A stretch of DNA of 64,000 nt from Catajapyx aquilonaris (Eukaryota), in NCBI GenBank assembly GCA_000934665.2, contig KZ537955.1:124001-188000 (forward strand). Direction: 5' to 3'. Positions 39,690 through 52,358 of this stretch are shown here, piece after piece (the first letter of the stretch is position 1; each line of letters begins with the position of its first letter). Below the pieces are notes generated by a model that was not told where the DNA came from, made no database searches, and saw nothing but the letters and a program-made list of their open reading frames with translations. Position numbers and translations under genes: made by a program.

Positions 39690-39875
39690 CAGTGCTGGAC
39701 ATTAATGGTGTCGTACTTGTGGCGCCACTAGCCAGTCGCGGAAAAAGAGCGAATCGAAATGTACCTCCGGATGACCACCTTCACTGTGAAGGTGGTCATC
39801 CGGAGGTACCTTTTGATTCGCTCTTTTAACCCCAGGTCGCGCCACAAGTACGACACCATTTAATTCCCAGTACTG
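39690..39875. mobile_element. Foldback MITE family A, copy 2 (complete)
   Basis: Ends CAGTGCTGGACATTAATGGTGTCGTACTTGTGGCGC and GCGCCACAAGTACGACACCATTTAATTCCCAGTACTG|TA. The whole element is palindromic. CAGT ends and a TA flank suggest the Tc1/mariner superfamily. Confidence 0.85.
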
Positions 39876-41389
39876 TATACCATGCTGCACGCAAAATGTG
39901 TAACGCACCCAACATTTTGTATGAAAATTTGTGGGCCCCGCGGGGGACTTGATGGGGAGGATGGGTCCCCCACCTCAAGCACATATAAAACATTAACCGG
40001 GGAGGGTTTGGGTTTGTTAAATCGTAAAAGGGGAGTATTTAACACGCACGCATTAGCCATCAGAGAGCGTGCAAAGCGCACGATGTGCTTAATTGGTAGG
40101 CTTTTTTTAAGGAGAAAAAAATATATATATTCCGGGACCCCAGGGCTCGACATCTTCTTTTTTTTTTCTTATTTCCTTTCTGGTTTTTTTTTCCGGGTGT
40201 GGCGCCATGTTGGAGCCAGCGAAAAAGGAGAAAACCCGGATTGGGAGGAGGCTGAGTTCCGGTTGGATCTTTATGCCAGAGTTTACAGTGCTAAAGTCAC
40301 GAAGGCAAAGTCCATCACCATTCTACAATTACCTTCTGCCTGATAACGTCAGACAAGTGATGGCCATCCAATCCGCGTTGTGTAATAGGCCGCCTCAGGA
40401 ATGCGGAGGACCCGTAAAGGCAGGGGGGCGACAATATTCTTATCAGGATGATATTGTAAATAGCTGCACGTTTTGTAATATGCAACGGATTTATACGTCC
40501 TGCGACCACCTCTTCTTTTTTTTCTGTCACATGTCTGTAGAGAGAGGGGTAAGGGTGTTGAATTCACACCTGGGTAATTTGTAGGCCTGCGAGGTAGTCA
40601 GTGTAGATTAAATCTCGGGGTGTACTTGTCGACACGGAGCGAATTATTGCGGATCTAACGAGCCACTGGGAAAACGTAACCGATTTTCCGCAGCAGGGGG
40701 TCGAGCCTGGAGCTCTTACACCCTTTTTTTCACACCTGGATACCCAGGTTTTCACACGCTCGAAAAGTGGGTCGACCATGCTACATACTTCAGGGCCCCC
40801 CCTATATATAGCAGGTCGCACTGTGTCACCAGGATATCAGCATCGTCAGCTGCCGTTTTTCTGCACTAAAAATACTGCTGCGGGCCTGAAATCATCCTGA
40901 ACCAATCTGATGGTTGTAACAGGGCGTGTAGATCAAGGTTCAGCCGATTGGGCCTCGCCTGTACCTGAATAACTCTGCAAGTCAGTAAAAAAAAAAGCGT
41001 CGTGCAAGGGCGTCGCGTTCACTTCCGCAACACAGGGTCGGAGCAATAAACTCTTCTTTTTTTTAAAGTCTGCATACTTATATATACTTGGAAGAGAATG
41101 GCTCAGGTGAGACCGCGTGTCATTTGGACGACACGTGCGAGTGGTCCTCTTATGGAAATCTATTTGGGAGGAGGTGCAGCAATGGGCCATAACACACACC
41201 ATCGCATCACGACAAAGGAGGAATCCACGTCTAAATTTGGGCACGGAGCAAATGAATCCCACTGATTGAGTTGCCTCCAGGTTAATTGGAACGTGATCGA
41301 CCCCTGATATGGATTGGGCATAGGGGTGTTGATAGCGTCACGCCTCATGAGGAAGTGTCCAGAGAAATAAAATAGATCCATACTTGAAA

Positions 41390-41415
41390 ATATATATATA
41401 TATATATATATATAT
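41390..41415. repeat. (AT)n microsatellite
   Basis: About 13 AT units. Confidence 0.9.
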
Positions 41416-42397
41416 GCATGAGATAGTAATTATTAACACACAAGTGGAGGCTAATTGATGCGGAACTAAATTGTAGGACACGATTTCCGCACCCCCCAAA
41501 AAATCCCAGAGATCTAGTAATCCATTTCCAGCCCGCCTTTAAGCATCTGATGGTGATAATAAATCACAAGAGTTGAGGGCGGAGGTCTTCCACACCAGTT
41601 ATTAGATGCTGGAACCGACTTGACCACCCTTTTGCATTTTTACCGTAGAAGGTGCTCGATTTTTGTTGTATACTATAGCGGGTTGAATAATAAACTACGG
41701 CCGATTTACTTGAAACTTTCGTGCTAAAATTTTTTAAGAGAGCTGTCATGATAAATTGCTCTGAACACTGCTCTTGTTAGTCTAACATTGCTTTTGTAGC
41801 ATCCTGTACAATCAATTTCCAAACCAGCAATTCCCGTACACATAACTCATACCTGTACTTGTGCCTCTTTTTTTTTTTTGCGACCAGTGCGAGCATCAGA
41901 CATGCTGAAAGTTGAGCGAACCCCCTCGTAATTTTGGTGGCTTGTAAAACGGTGGGAAATAATTAGTCGAGGACCACCTGGATTGCGCGCATATAAGTAC
42001 ACGTGTGTGACATGTGTGCTGGGGGTATGACGTCACTCGTGTGTACGTGTATGTGTGGGTTGCCCTCGCTTAATTAAGTGCGAAGGCGTGATGAAGTGGC
42101 AGACCAAGTGGGGGGTTCACACCGGTGGGCCATCACGGCGTGAATACATATTTGCGAGACTTTCAGTGTGTGTGAGAGAGAGAGAGAGAAAAAAAGAGAG
42201 ATGGCAAATGTGTTGTATAGGCAGCAAAAAGGCCGGCAAAGCTACCCCCTATCGCGGTGGTAATTACGTAGTACCTACCAACTCGGTCAGGGTCAGTTGG
42301 CACAGTGACACTTGCTGGGGGGGAATAGGTGAATGGCCATTATATGTGTTGTGACTCTTGCGGTCGTTTGTCGCCAGTTTCATAACCCTTAAACTTT

Positions 42398-43118
42398 TCA
42401 CGCATAAATAAAGCGTGAAATCTGCGCCAAAAAATATATGGCTAATATCGAAAATCGCATTTTATCGGAAATCTCCAGAAAACATTTCAGGATTCCTTCA
42501 AAATTATGTCAATTTTGAATCAAGATTTTGCCGCCATATTTAATTTTAAATTTTAAATTATTATTTTTACAATCATTATGAAAGGGTGTTAAAATAGCTT
42601 ATACCATTCCATTAATCACATTTCGGATATGTTGTAATATTCCAAAGTTATGGCCCTCCAACTGATGGCGGACGGAGGCAAAATTCCTTTTCTATAAATT
42701 CGCAAACAGATTGTTCGCATCCTGTATAGTTATGCAACCACGCATCGCAGGGGTATAAAAAACGAGACATTTGCATAGATGCATGGACACTACAACATAC
42801 TCGGTTTTGACAATAGTTGTCTGGAAGGGGGGTCCAGATGACGCTGTGAGAGAATGACGTTTACAATGCTTGAGCACCTCTGATTGATCACGCATAAGCG
42901 TAACACATACATCATGAAGAATCTTATGTATATGTGTAATCAATCGCATACGTTTGTAAACGTCATTCCCTCACTCATGAAGCAAAGTTTTCACGCATAC
43001 GGTGGCCATATGCGTGATCAGTGTACGTGTAAAAAAGTAACTTCACGCATAGAATAAGCGTGATGCCATATTCCCACGCATATAAGCGTGATTGTATACG
43101 CGAATAGTTTTATAGTGT
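42398..43118. repeat. AT-rich degenerate element with arrayed CACGCATA / AAGCGTGA motifs
   Basis: CGCAT-core motif (mostly CACGCATA) recurs near 42399, 42738, 42889, 42944, 42992, 43009 (reverse), 43044 and 43075, often followed by AAGCGTGA. Ends TTTTATAGTGTA. Confidence 0.45.
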
Positions 43119-43322
43119 ATAACACTGTAGGTCAAACGCTCTGTGCTATTTTTTTTCCCCTCCCAGCAGACCCAGCTGGAGTCACCTTTTGGTATTGTTT
43201 TGTTTTCCTGGAGCCGTAATCTTTTTTGACGACTGCGGCGGCTGGAATGCTGGTGGTCAAATTTTAATGGCATAATCTGACTCACGTTTCTTCAACGACT
43301 AAATATTTCTTGCGCCTTTCAG

Positions 43323-43359
43323 GTGGCCAGTGCAACTCGGATTATGGGGCGCCGAGATG
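43323..43359 (+). other. Candidate 37-nt exon of an unidentified transcript
   Basis: Strong acceptor atttcttgcgcctttcag|G and strong donor ATG|gtgagt. Contains an ATG at 43344. Confidence 0.35.
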
Positions 43360-44982
43360 GTGAGTACCCTTTGCTGTACTTATATTGGCGGGAACAAAAG
43401 TACACTCGGGATCAAAAAGTCTTCGCTGTATTTATGTTCCAGCAACGGCCAGAGTCGTGAACGATCCGTATAACTTCTCACCTTGAGGAGTGCGCCAACC
43501 TGTACAATCTGTGCGATGTCATTGCGATGAAATAACTGGTACTGTCTGGTATTATTCAGATGCAATGGTGTAGGCGGACACTGGTTTAAGCCAGAGAACA
43601 TGCCTCGTTCGGATGATCCATCCGTGACTTCTTTTTGTGTGTGTGTTCAGCGATAACTTGGCGATATTTCGGAATTCCTTACAGTACAAAAATGCACATT
43701 CTTTTATGCAGATGTGTCGCATGGAGATAGGGTCAACAATAGGAGCGGATATAGCCCCAGAATATGTTTTAAAAAAATCAACCGGCGCTGAGATAAGATT
43801 GATATTTTGGGAGCAAAATGACAATAGTGATAAGCAGCTTCGTGTAGTGAGATATGCTGTTCTACAATAGGATGTAATCTATGTAACGAGTAGCCTCACA
43901 ATAAGGCTGGCCAACAGAGCACTATACTTGTATAAAATTCTGATGCCAACAACATAGTAGGTGTCCTGCTCGATTCAAGCTCATTAGACGAAAGGATATG
44001 ACAGGCGGCGGAGGACACGCAAAAAAAAAAAAAAAAAAGTTCTCTCGTCCTTACGGTAGTTACACAAGTCAGATGACGTTTTAATATGGACGTAGGATCT
44101 CGCCCCCTAACATGCCACCGAAGTTGCTAACTTGTCATCCCGCCTTCCTTCCTTTGCCGCGGATCTGTTCCCATCCAGAGACCACCCTAGAGTAATGAGC
44201 ACCGTCCTGAAGGGCTTACCGGAGATGAAGGACATAAGGCGATGGCCAGATAGGATAACAACCCACCTCAGATGATTCAAGAAAGAGAAGAGAGAGAGAG
44301 AGAAAAAAAAACTGAGATGCATGGGATGCTTAACAAGCGACAGTACAGCCTAATTGCAGCACTCCTTGTCGTAATGGCTTTTTATTTAATTATCCATCAG
44401 TTTAAAAAAAGTGCTGGTCTGTTATCGAAAGCGTTTTATGAGCTGCGGAATTCCATGCAATGAACGAGTTATGCGGAAGGAATTTGCACTCGGCTTTATT
44501 CAAGGAAATTCCACAGTCCAATGTTTGCAGATAGGATTCCCTCAGTTGGGGTTAATTTATGGGCGCGGATATACACACACTTTGCTTCAATCAGGACTTA
44601 TCATTAGGACTGATATAAATGTAATCCCAGGGGGGGATTTGCAGAGTATTTCTGCGCCATTATGCACAGGATGTTTATGCCATAAGCACGTGATTGGCAC
44701 GGTGGGCATGGGCAACCAGAAGGATTATTGTGATTGACACCTGAATTTTTTTGCTTTGCTAACAGTAAGTCATTGTGCGTTATTTTTTCCTCATATTGCA
44801 CTTGAAGGCAGAACAGGACGGATTTAACGCATTATTGATCACGCAGCCAGCAAAATGTATAGGTTCCGGTGCATGTGTAGTCATGTGAAATCCACGTAAG
44901 TATATACGTACATTATGTATAGTCAAGCCCATGCACATATTTGTATAATAATCTCTCTTGAAGAAACATTGTGAAGGATAAC

Positions 44983-45198
44983 TGGACGCTGTTATGCAAT
45001 AATGTGTCAACCCACAAAAAATGTCATACCCAAAAGGATCGTACTTCATTCAGTTAAAATCAAGCTGGCGAAATCTGCATACTTCTGCCATACATGACCG
45101 AAAAGGACACTGAATTAATTTCACATGTGACATTCAAATCAATTTTTCTTAAACCTGTTCTTATGTGGGTTGACTCATTATTGCATAACACCTTCCAA
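44983..45198. mobile_element. TIR MITE family B, copy 2
   Basis: TGGACGCTGTTATGCAATAATGTGTCAACCCAC at the left end and GTGGGTTGACTCATTATTGCATAACACCTTCCAA at the right end. Collinear with 18044-18254. Confidence 0.8.
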
Positions 45199-46661
45199 AC
45201 TATATGGCAATGAAGTGATCAATATCTGTGTTATTTATAGTCAGCACATTAGTATGTTGGAAATAGTTAAATCCTGTATAGAGATGTGATCTACAGAACA
45301 TAAGCATGTAGCATACATCACCTTCAGAAGTGATGGAGTATATGGACAAAAAGGGTCCCAGCTAATTGGTCAGTCGTAAGTTACATTAAAATAGTATAAA
45401 ACCGCTGGTCGAACAAGCGCGTTATCAATTGAGTCGTACATGAAAATTGAAAAGCAGGACAGGCCCCCGAACTGGATAATGAAGTGGTTTTCCTCTTCCT
45501 AACTAATTTAGATAGGAATTTTTTTTAAAGGCCCCTGTCCTGGATCTGCGCTATATCTTTCTCCGGTGACCATTTAGTGAGCACGCCCAGAGAATGGTGG
45601 GGGGAAAAAAAGAAGTGGCGGGGAAGCCAGCAGAGAGTAAAAACCCCCTCATATTTCGCTCAGTAGACGCCGCAAAATCACTTCAGCTCCGTATACCTTC
45701 TTAAGCCTAAAAAAAACAACAACAACAACAACATCAACTCCGGCACCTCGTTATTTATTTACGAGGCGGCTGTCGTAAACTAACTGCAGACAATTGTGAG
45801 AATCAGTTCGCCAGTTTTATGATGTAGTCTTGAAACAGTCTGCTAATCAACTCAGCTGCTAACGCCAGCATAATGTTAAAGAGGAGACGGACGTGTATAT
45901 GTAGAGTTAGGAGAGAAAAAAAAGGAGTCTGAAAGTCTTGTAGCGGAATTTGTGACCAACACCACCGTGGTTTTTTTTCTCTCTCTCTACTTGGTCTACC
46001 GTGGTTTTTCATGCCTGCTGCTGACTGCTGTTGAGGTCAAGGAGGACTGAGTGAGTGTGAAATAAGATCGTTTTATTGGCTCATTGTAGCCGGCGGGCTA
46101 CCAAAAAGGCCACCGACCGAGATTTCTGCGCAGCCCCTTTTTTTCTGCAATGATTTCGGCGAGAAGGCATTTTTCCGGACGTTTATCTTTATGCACGTTA
46201 CGTTCGGTAGGTTCCCAACTTATGTTTTATGGTCGCCATTAACAATTTTTTTTAGCTCTCCCACCCTCATCTCCCCCACTATATGGAACGGCAAGGCGGC
46301 CAATCCCTTTGGCTTCTTGCTTTTGGTGATTTATGCACCCTTTTATGTAAGCGCGTTGCTGTAGTAATTGAATTAACAGCACCTCCAGCGCTCTACACAC
46401 GGCACACGGGTACTATGTTCCTCCACAGGTCAGCGGTGACATTGCATTTTCAAACTGAAGAATGTGCTGTCATGCGTCACACACTTCACTCTGAGGTCAC
46501 GCGCCGTTACCGGGCTTTTGAACCTGGCTGTATATATGCTGTATGTCGCGAAAAAATATTATTGTTGTGTCTGTCCGCAAGCACTTTGTTATACCAGTTC
46601 GGTACTGCCGATAATAGACTCCGAGAATAAAATTCTACGTGCCATACACTTGTATAATACA

Positions 46662-46857
46662 CAGCATGCTGTACGATGTCGTACTGGTGGCGCAAAGAGC
46701 CTCTGGCGGCAAAAGAGCGCATCGAAAGTTGCCTCCGGATGGCCACCTTCACTCAATCAAATCAATTCATATAGGTACGGAGAGCAAATTTTGATTCGCT
46801 CTTTTTCCGCCACGAATCATGGCGCCACCAGTACGACACCATTAATGTCCAGCGCAG
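46662..46857. mobile_element. Foldback MITE family A, copy 3
   Basis: TGTCGTACTGGTGGCGC...GGCGGCAAAAGAGCG...CGCTCTTTTTCCGCC...GGCGCCACCAGTACGACACCATTAATGTCCAGC. Confidence 0.8.
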
Positions 46858-47098
46858 GGTGAAAATTTTTCCGGACGTTGCTTTCTATCAGATCTGGAAA
46901 GCTTCCCATCGTCGTGGCTTTCTCTATTCGTCCACAACTCGGACAGTAAATCTCCTCCAAAAGGTGCCCACCGGTACAAGTCACGCTCCGGTCACTCTCA
47001 AGTGTTAGTTACTTAGCCGGAGTTAGTCTGGGGTGGACCGGCTCATTAATTGTGTCTTTTTCGCTCGAGCGGACGCAGACCTCTCTCTGATAGTCCTC

Positions 47099-47178
47099 NN
47101 NNNNNNNNNNNNNNNNNNNNNNNNNNNNNNNNNNNNNNNNNNNNNNNNNNNNNNNNNNNNNNNNNNNNNNNNNNNNNN
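47099..47178. other. Assembly gap
   Basis: N run. Confidence 0.99.
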
Positions 47179-48977
47179 TATTTCTCGCTCTCTCAGTATG
47201 CACAGCCTGCAATATCATATCCATAGTCGTTCTCTCGAATACCCATCGCCACCGGTGTAAACTTTCATTTATGGTCGCATCTCAGCTATAAACTTGGATT
47301 TCGCGTAGGCTTACAAGCTCGCTAAAAAAAAAAAACGGCAACAGAGAGAGAGGACCCCGGCTAAATATTTTATGCGTACAGGAGTTGTTTTGCTGTAACA
47401 CGCCGGATTTACATGGAGCGTGGCCATAAACGTCGGCAGCCGTTAACGCTAATTTATGCCATGATGCCGAGAGAAGTGGGGGAATCGGCCGACATGAAAT
47501 GGGAATTAAAACGAGATATCGGCCCAAATGAAGAGGAATGGGCCTTTCTTGTCTGCATACTTGCGGGACACTTTTTTCTTCTTCTTCTGAAAGTGCTTGG
47601 AGGGGGTTGCCGTACGAATGATTTAGTATTGTCTTCGTCTGCGGGGGTCAGGGCAATGTTATCTAATGGCGGGACGGACAAAAAAATATATATTTGGCGC
47701 GATTATAAATTAGGCTATAAAAATTGCGAGACGTCTGACTCTATAGGAAGATTCCGCACAAAACAAGGGTGACTGGTACGGTTCTGATTTTTATAATCGA
47801 CGAATGAAATATTTCGCGAATCAGCTCTATAGTGACTCACGACGCATTAATAAGGAGGGGGCATATATATATAAAAAAGCTCCAGATGTCGTCGGAATGA
47901 ATTATCAGAGCGTGCATGCATGCAGAGCAATTTGCTTTTCAGTATCAGTTGTATGCCTGCTTGATAAAGAGTCGTCATTTCTTAATGTTATTGCGCGCCG
48001 TAATCATTATAAAGCTTTGCAAAAGGAATTTATTGCGAGTGGTTGTACAAATATAGAAAAAAAGCCCCTCATCCAAGTCGAGTTAATCCTGTAACGAGGT
48101 GTTTCGCCACCTGTATAATGACTTTTACATAAACTGCCTGATTGTGCGTAAATACACAAAACCATATTGCATAATCGCTCCATTTTTTTCCACTCCAAGC
48201 GCCTTTTTATGTCAACACAAATATCGGTGGTTATACGACGATTCATTCATAAAATTCAGGGGATTGAAATGTAACGCTGACATTTTGCCTTGTTCTTTTG
48301 GATTGAACATGATTGTCGTGCATTGAAGTCGACTATAGTGTCGAATGAAGAAGGCAGAAATCGGAACGGATTTTCTCTTCCAGACTTTTAACGAGCTGTG
48401 TGTAGACAAGTTTGCATCGAGGACATGAGGAGGGCCACACGTAAATATAAAAGGTGGTCCTGCTGTTGGGCAAGAGCCTGGACGGGTCCTTCCCAGCGGT
48501 ATTGACCAATTATTGAATGATTTATTCGAGAGGAGCCCAACGCCAATTTGCGCAGATTTTTTTTCTCTTCTTCTTGCTTCTCTCCTTGTCTCTCTCTATA
48601 CCAACCCGACTCTCCCAACTTTTTTCTCTCTCTTCGTTCGTCTTATTATTTTTTTTTCTCATGTCGTATCTCTCGCGGCGCCAAACGGGGTGCCGATGTG
48701 TTTAAATGCCATCCACACCATGGGGCGTTGATGTGTTGCTAGATACGTGTGTCTCCAAAACACCCCCGCATGACAGCTCAATTTTGCCCAAACGAGTTTT
48801 ATTGCAGTCGGAGAAATCATTCGGACCTGTTTCAACTCAGTGCCAATTTGCGAATTCGCCTTTCTGCCCTTCTTAGCTCATGCACAAACAAGGCTTATCC
48901 CATAGTAAATCTAAATGAAAAAGTACATAGCATCCTATAGGTTTTACTGTGCAATGTATATAGTAAGAAAATAAGTA

Positions 48978-49258
48978 CAGTGGACATTAGTCGTACTTGT
49001 CGTGCCACGAGCCGATGGCGGCAAAAGAGCGAATCTAAAGTTGCCTCTGTATAACCTTCATTTGATCGAAATTTCTTGAAATTTCATTATTACGCTGGGA
49101 TAAGCCTTGTTTATGCATGAGCTATAAAAAGGGTATGACCACCTCACTTATATGATCAAGTAAAGGAGGTCATATACGGAGGGAAAAATTTCGATTCGCT
49201 CTTTTACCGCCAATGGCTGGTGGCGCCACAAGTACGACACCACTAATAACCAGCACTG
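48978..49258. mobile_element. Foldback MITE family A, copy 4, with extra internal segment
   Basis: TA|CAGTGGACATTAGTCGTACTTG at the left end and CAAGTACGACACCACTAATAACCAGCACTG at the right end. About 90 bp longer than the other copies. Confidence 0.8.
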
Positions 49259-50710
49259 TGTACAAATGGGGGCATTCATCAAAGAGGTTAGGCCAGACGT
49301 ATCCTGATGCTATGCAACCATCATCACTCTAGGGTTGTTTTTTTTTCAAGTGGTAGTACTTATTGATGCTGATTGCCGAGCAACAATTAAAACCAGGCGC
49401 GTGCACTGATACCTACGCCCTTTTCATTCCCTCATCGTATAATAATCGCCCACACTTGACGATATGCCATGTAGCTACATAATATCTCTCTGCTATAAAT
49501 AGTCAGGTTTCGCACAATAGACCCCTGTGGTATCCCCCCTCCTTCCACACCCTGTTGCTAGTTGCTGGTAGTTGTTGACGGTCTGTCTTTTCTGGACAGG
49601 TGACAAAAAAAAAAGTGGACATATACACGTACGCACTGCATGAGTGTGTGTGTGTGTTGCTGTTGGAGGGGGAGGCAATGGGGAGAGATTGTCTTCTTCC
49701 TTGAGAAGCGAGTCGGGATTGGAAGTTGGGTTGGGGCCACGTGACCCCCTCCCCTATTGCGAAGAGAGGGGGGGTGAGCAGGGTGGAGGGGGGTAGAGAG
49801 GGGAGGAGGGTGTGAAGAGAAGGCACAGAAGGGAAACGAGAAGCGGTCAGTACGAAGGTGTAGTCAGTCAGCACAGGAAGGGTCTCCGTGGGGGTCACTC
49901 AAAAAAAGTGCGCGTGCTGCTCTTGTTTTTTTTAATTTTATTTTTGGTGACAAGTGATTATTTCTCTCTCTCACGGGTGAAAGGTGTGCGGTTTTTTTAA
50001 AGGGGTGATCGGAGGATCAAGTGAGTTTCAATTGGATATTGGTGTACTGGTTGAGGGGGGGCTTGTTGGAGACACCTCGTCGAATTATTGTGTGTACGGT
50101 ACTGCTAGGTCGTGGGGAAAAGATCAAGGTCGGAATTTCTGAGCCGTTTGATATCGTCTGATGCGACTCAGATTTACAGCCGGTTTTAAAAATAAAGGCT
50201 CTAATCATGTGGGTGTTCGCAACGATTAACATTGCCAACAATACTCGGTGCAGGAAATTTGAGCATGTGATCATAAGTGTTAGGTAACGGCCACAGTTCG
50301 ACAACATAATATTTTGTCATCGGTGTTGACTGGAGTGCTAGGCTATTGTTACAGTGAAATATGGCCTCTAACGGACCTTGGAACCATCGGAATTTATGTC
50401 CATTACGGATCTTTTGTTTGATTCCAGTTAAGGATTGTTGAAGTGTTTCGTGTCTCATATGAACCTGTTCAGTCGCGACTTGGTGGCATTAGTTGCCTTC
50501 GCTTTTTGCCCGGTATAGTACCTTTTTTTCCTCCTCTATTGGGCCTACTGACCAAATAACCTAGATTCGTATAGCGTGCGTAAAGTCATCTGCATACCAC
50601 AGATTTCTGAGGAATTCCATTAGGGCAGCAGTGCCTCCAAGTAGCCCCCCCATCAGCCCAGAGGTGACAATATAGGCCCACACATTAGTTTGGTCACAAC
50701 TCTTCAACAG

Positions 50711-51000
50711 ATCAGTGCAACTTCCCCCCGATAATCAGCATAGGTGCTGGTGTAGCCCATGTGTGTTGCTGGATGTTGTTGTCTCTGGTGTCCCCTGTGG
50801 TGGTGATGCCGATGAGGAGGTGTCGCAGGAGTGCTGGAGTGGCTGCTACCACCCGTGTCATCGCTGCCTCTTCCGACAGTTCTAGTGTTTCCTCCTCGGC
50901 CATCAGTAATAGTCCTCAACTTCAACTTCTTGCCGGCGCCACCGACTCCCCGTGCTCGAAGCTCCATGTTCGGGACGTAGCAACACATGATCATAACCAG
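50711..51000 (+). other. Candidate 290-nt exon (open in one frame) of an unidentified transcript
   Basis: Acceptor actcttcaacag| and donor CAG|gtctgt. GC-richer and free of long homopolymer runs compared with its flanks. Open frame (D)QCNFPPIISIGAG...SSDSSSVSSSAIS...HDHNQ. No recognisable homology. Confidence 0.3.
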
Positions 51001-51704
51001 GTCTGTACCCTACATCTATATAATTTGGTGACAATGCTCAAAATGAAAGTGACGTCAGTTGCTTTCAGATATTTTAACAATGAATAACTATACAGATGGC
51101 CTCGAGTGAATTAACCATTATATGACACGTACAATCCGTTGCATCGGCGACATTTTCGACTCATCTCGAGGAACCGCTCCTTTTTTCGGCGGTTTTTGGA
51201 GAGGGGAAAGCGCTGCCAGTTATTCCTCGGGTTTTTGGACGCGCCTCGTAATTATCCCATCATAATTGGATAACTTGCTCGGGGTTTCCGGGTGTTGCAA
51301 GAAGGCCGAGGGGTTACTCACTTCTGCTAATTCGCGGTCAGGCAACGGGGAGGCCCGTCGCTGTAATGGAAAAAGCCTGTCGGGCCAACTTTTACTCCCC
51401 CCTTCCCCACACACCCCCATTTTTTGGAGAAAAAAATAAAATAAATGAGATTGAAAAAAATGGGCTATTTTGGCTCCGAAATGACCTTACCACACGTGTG
51501 ATATAGAGAGACTGGAATAAAATTGTTTTTTCCCCGAGCCAAAAAAGGGGGGGTGTTAACTCTCCGCGCTAATTAACCAGCTTTGCGTGCTCTCCGTTGC
51601 ACAATTTGATGTCTGTCCGTGGGGGTACATAACTACGTGTTTCGGGAAGGGTCGTACTCCGTGGAAAGTTTGGGGCGAACTTTTTCTTCCTCGTGGGACT
51701 TACA

Positions 51705-51791
51705 CAGGGTGGTACACCTCTCATGTCTTCACCTGTAGTGACCACCTTTTTTTTTTTTGGTATTAGAATGCTCTGGATGTGCACCACCCTG
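51705..51791. mobile_element. Degenerate Tc1/mariner-like MITE (CAGGGTGGTACAC end family)
   Basis: CAGGGTGGTACAC at the left end and GTGCACCACCCTG|TA at the right end. Confidence 0.55.
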
Positions 51792-52111
51792 TAGACTACA
51801 CGTGATTCATTACCGATACTATATTAGGCCTCGGGTAAGTGGGTACAAAAAAAAAGCGGATCGGTTTTGGTGTCGGTGCGGACACATTTGGGCGGCATCT
51901 CGAGGTTGCACCTAATAAGTGTTGTAAACTAAGTATGTGTTTAGCGTGTGGTTTGGAAGGAGTGGCTGAGCACGAGCCTGCTGTGGGACGCCCTCCGTGC
52001 CAAATGGATGGGCCAATTTACACCTGCTGGCCCCGATGTGGCTCAAGGGCCCCTCGAACGAAGAGTTTTGCTTGAGAATTGCACAGGAGCCATCAGTCGA
52101 TGGCGCCTGGG

Positions 52112-52358
52112 AAGTTGCTCCGGAGCAAAGTCGTTCGAAAAAAAAATGGGCGGGAAAAGTTACTTCCGGAGTAAGTATAGTTCACTTACTCTCCGCTAGG
52201 GGCTTATCCGTAAGTTGCTCCGGAGTATCTTACCATTTTCACTCTTTTTTCATGTTGACATTTTTCTATTGAACGCCAATGGTTTTTCCGGAGTATCTTA
52301 CCCCAATCACTTTTATTAATTTTTCAAAAATTTTTATCTTGAACGCCCCGGAGTAACT
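52112..52358. repeat. Degenerate repeat cluster with palindromic (C/T)CCGGAG cores and a roughly 60-bp imperfect direct repeat
   Basis: AGTTGCTCCGGAGCAA, AGTTACTTCCGGAGTAA, AGTTGCTCCGGAGTATCTTACC...TTGAACGCC, TTCCGGAGTATCTTACC...TTGAACGCC and CCGGAGTAACT. Confidence 0.6.

Noticed and set aside
52112..52358. CRISPR-like repeat-spacer interpretation
   Set aside because: Repeats are degenerate, spacing is irregular, the context is eukaryotic and there are no cas genes.
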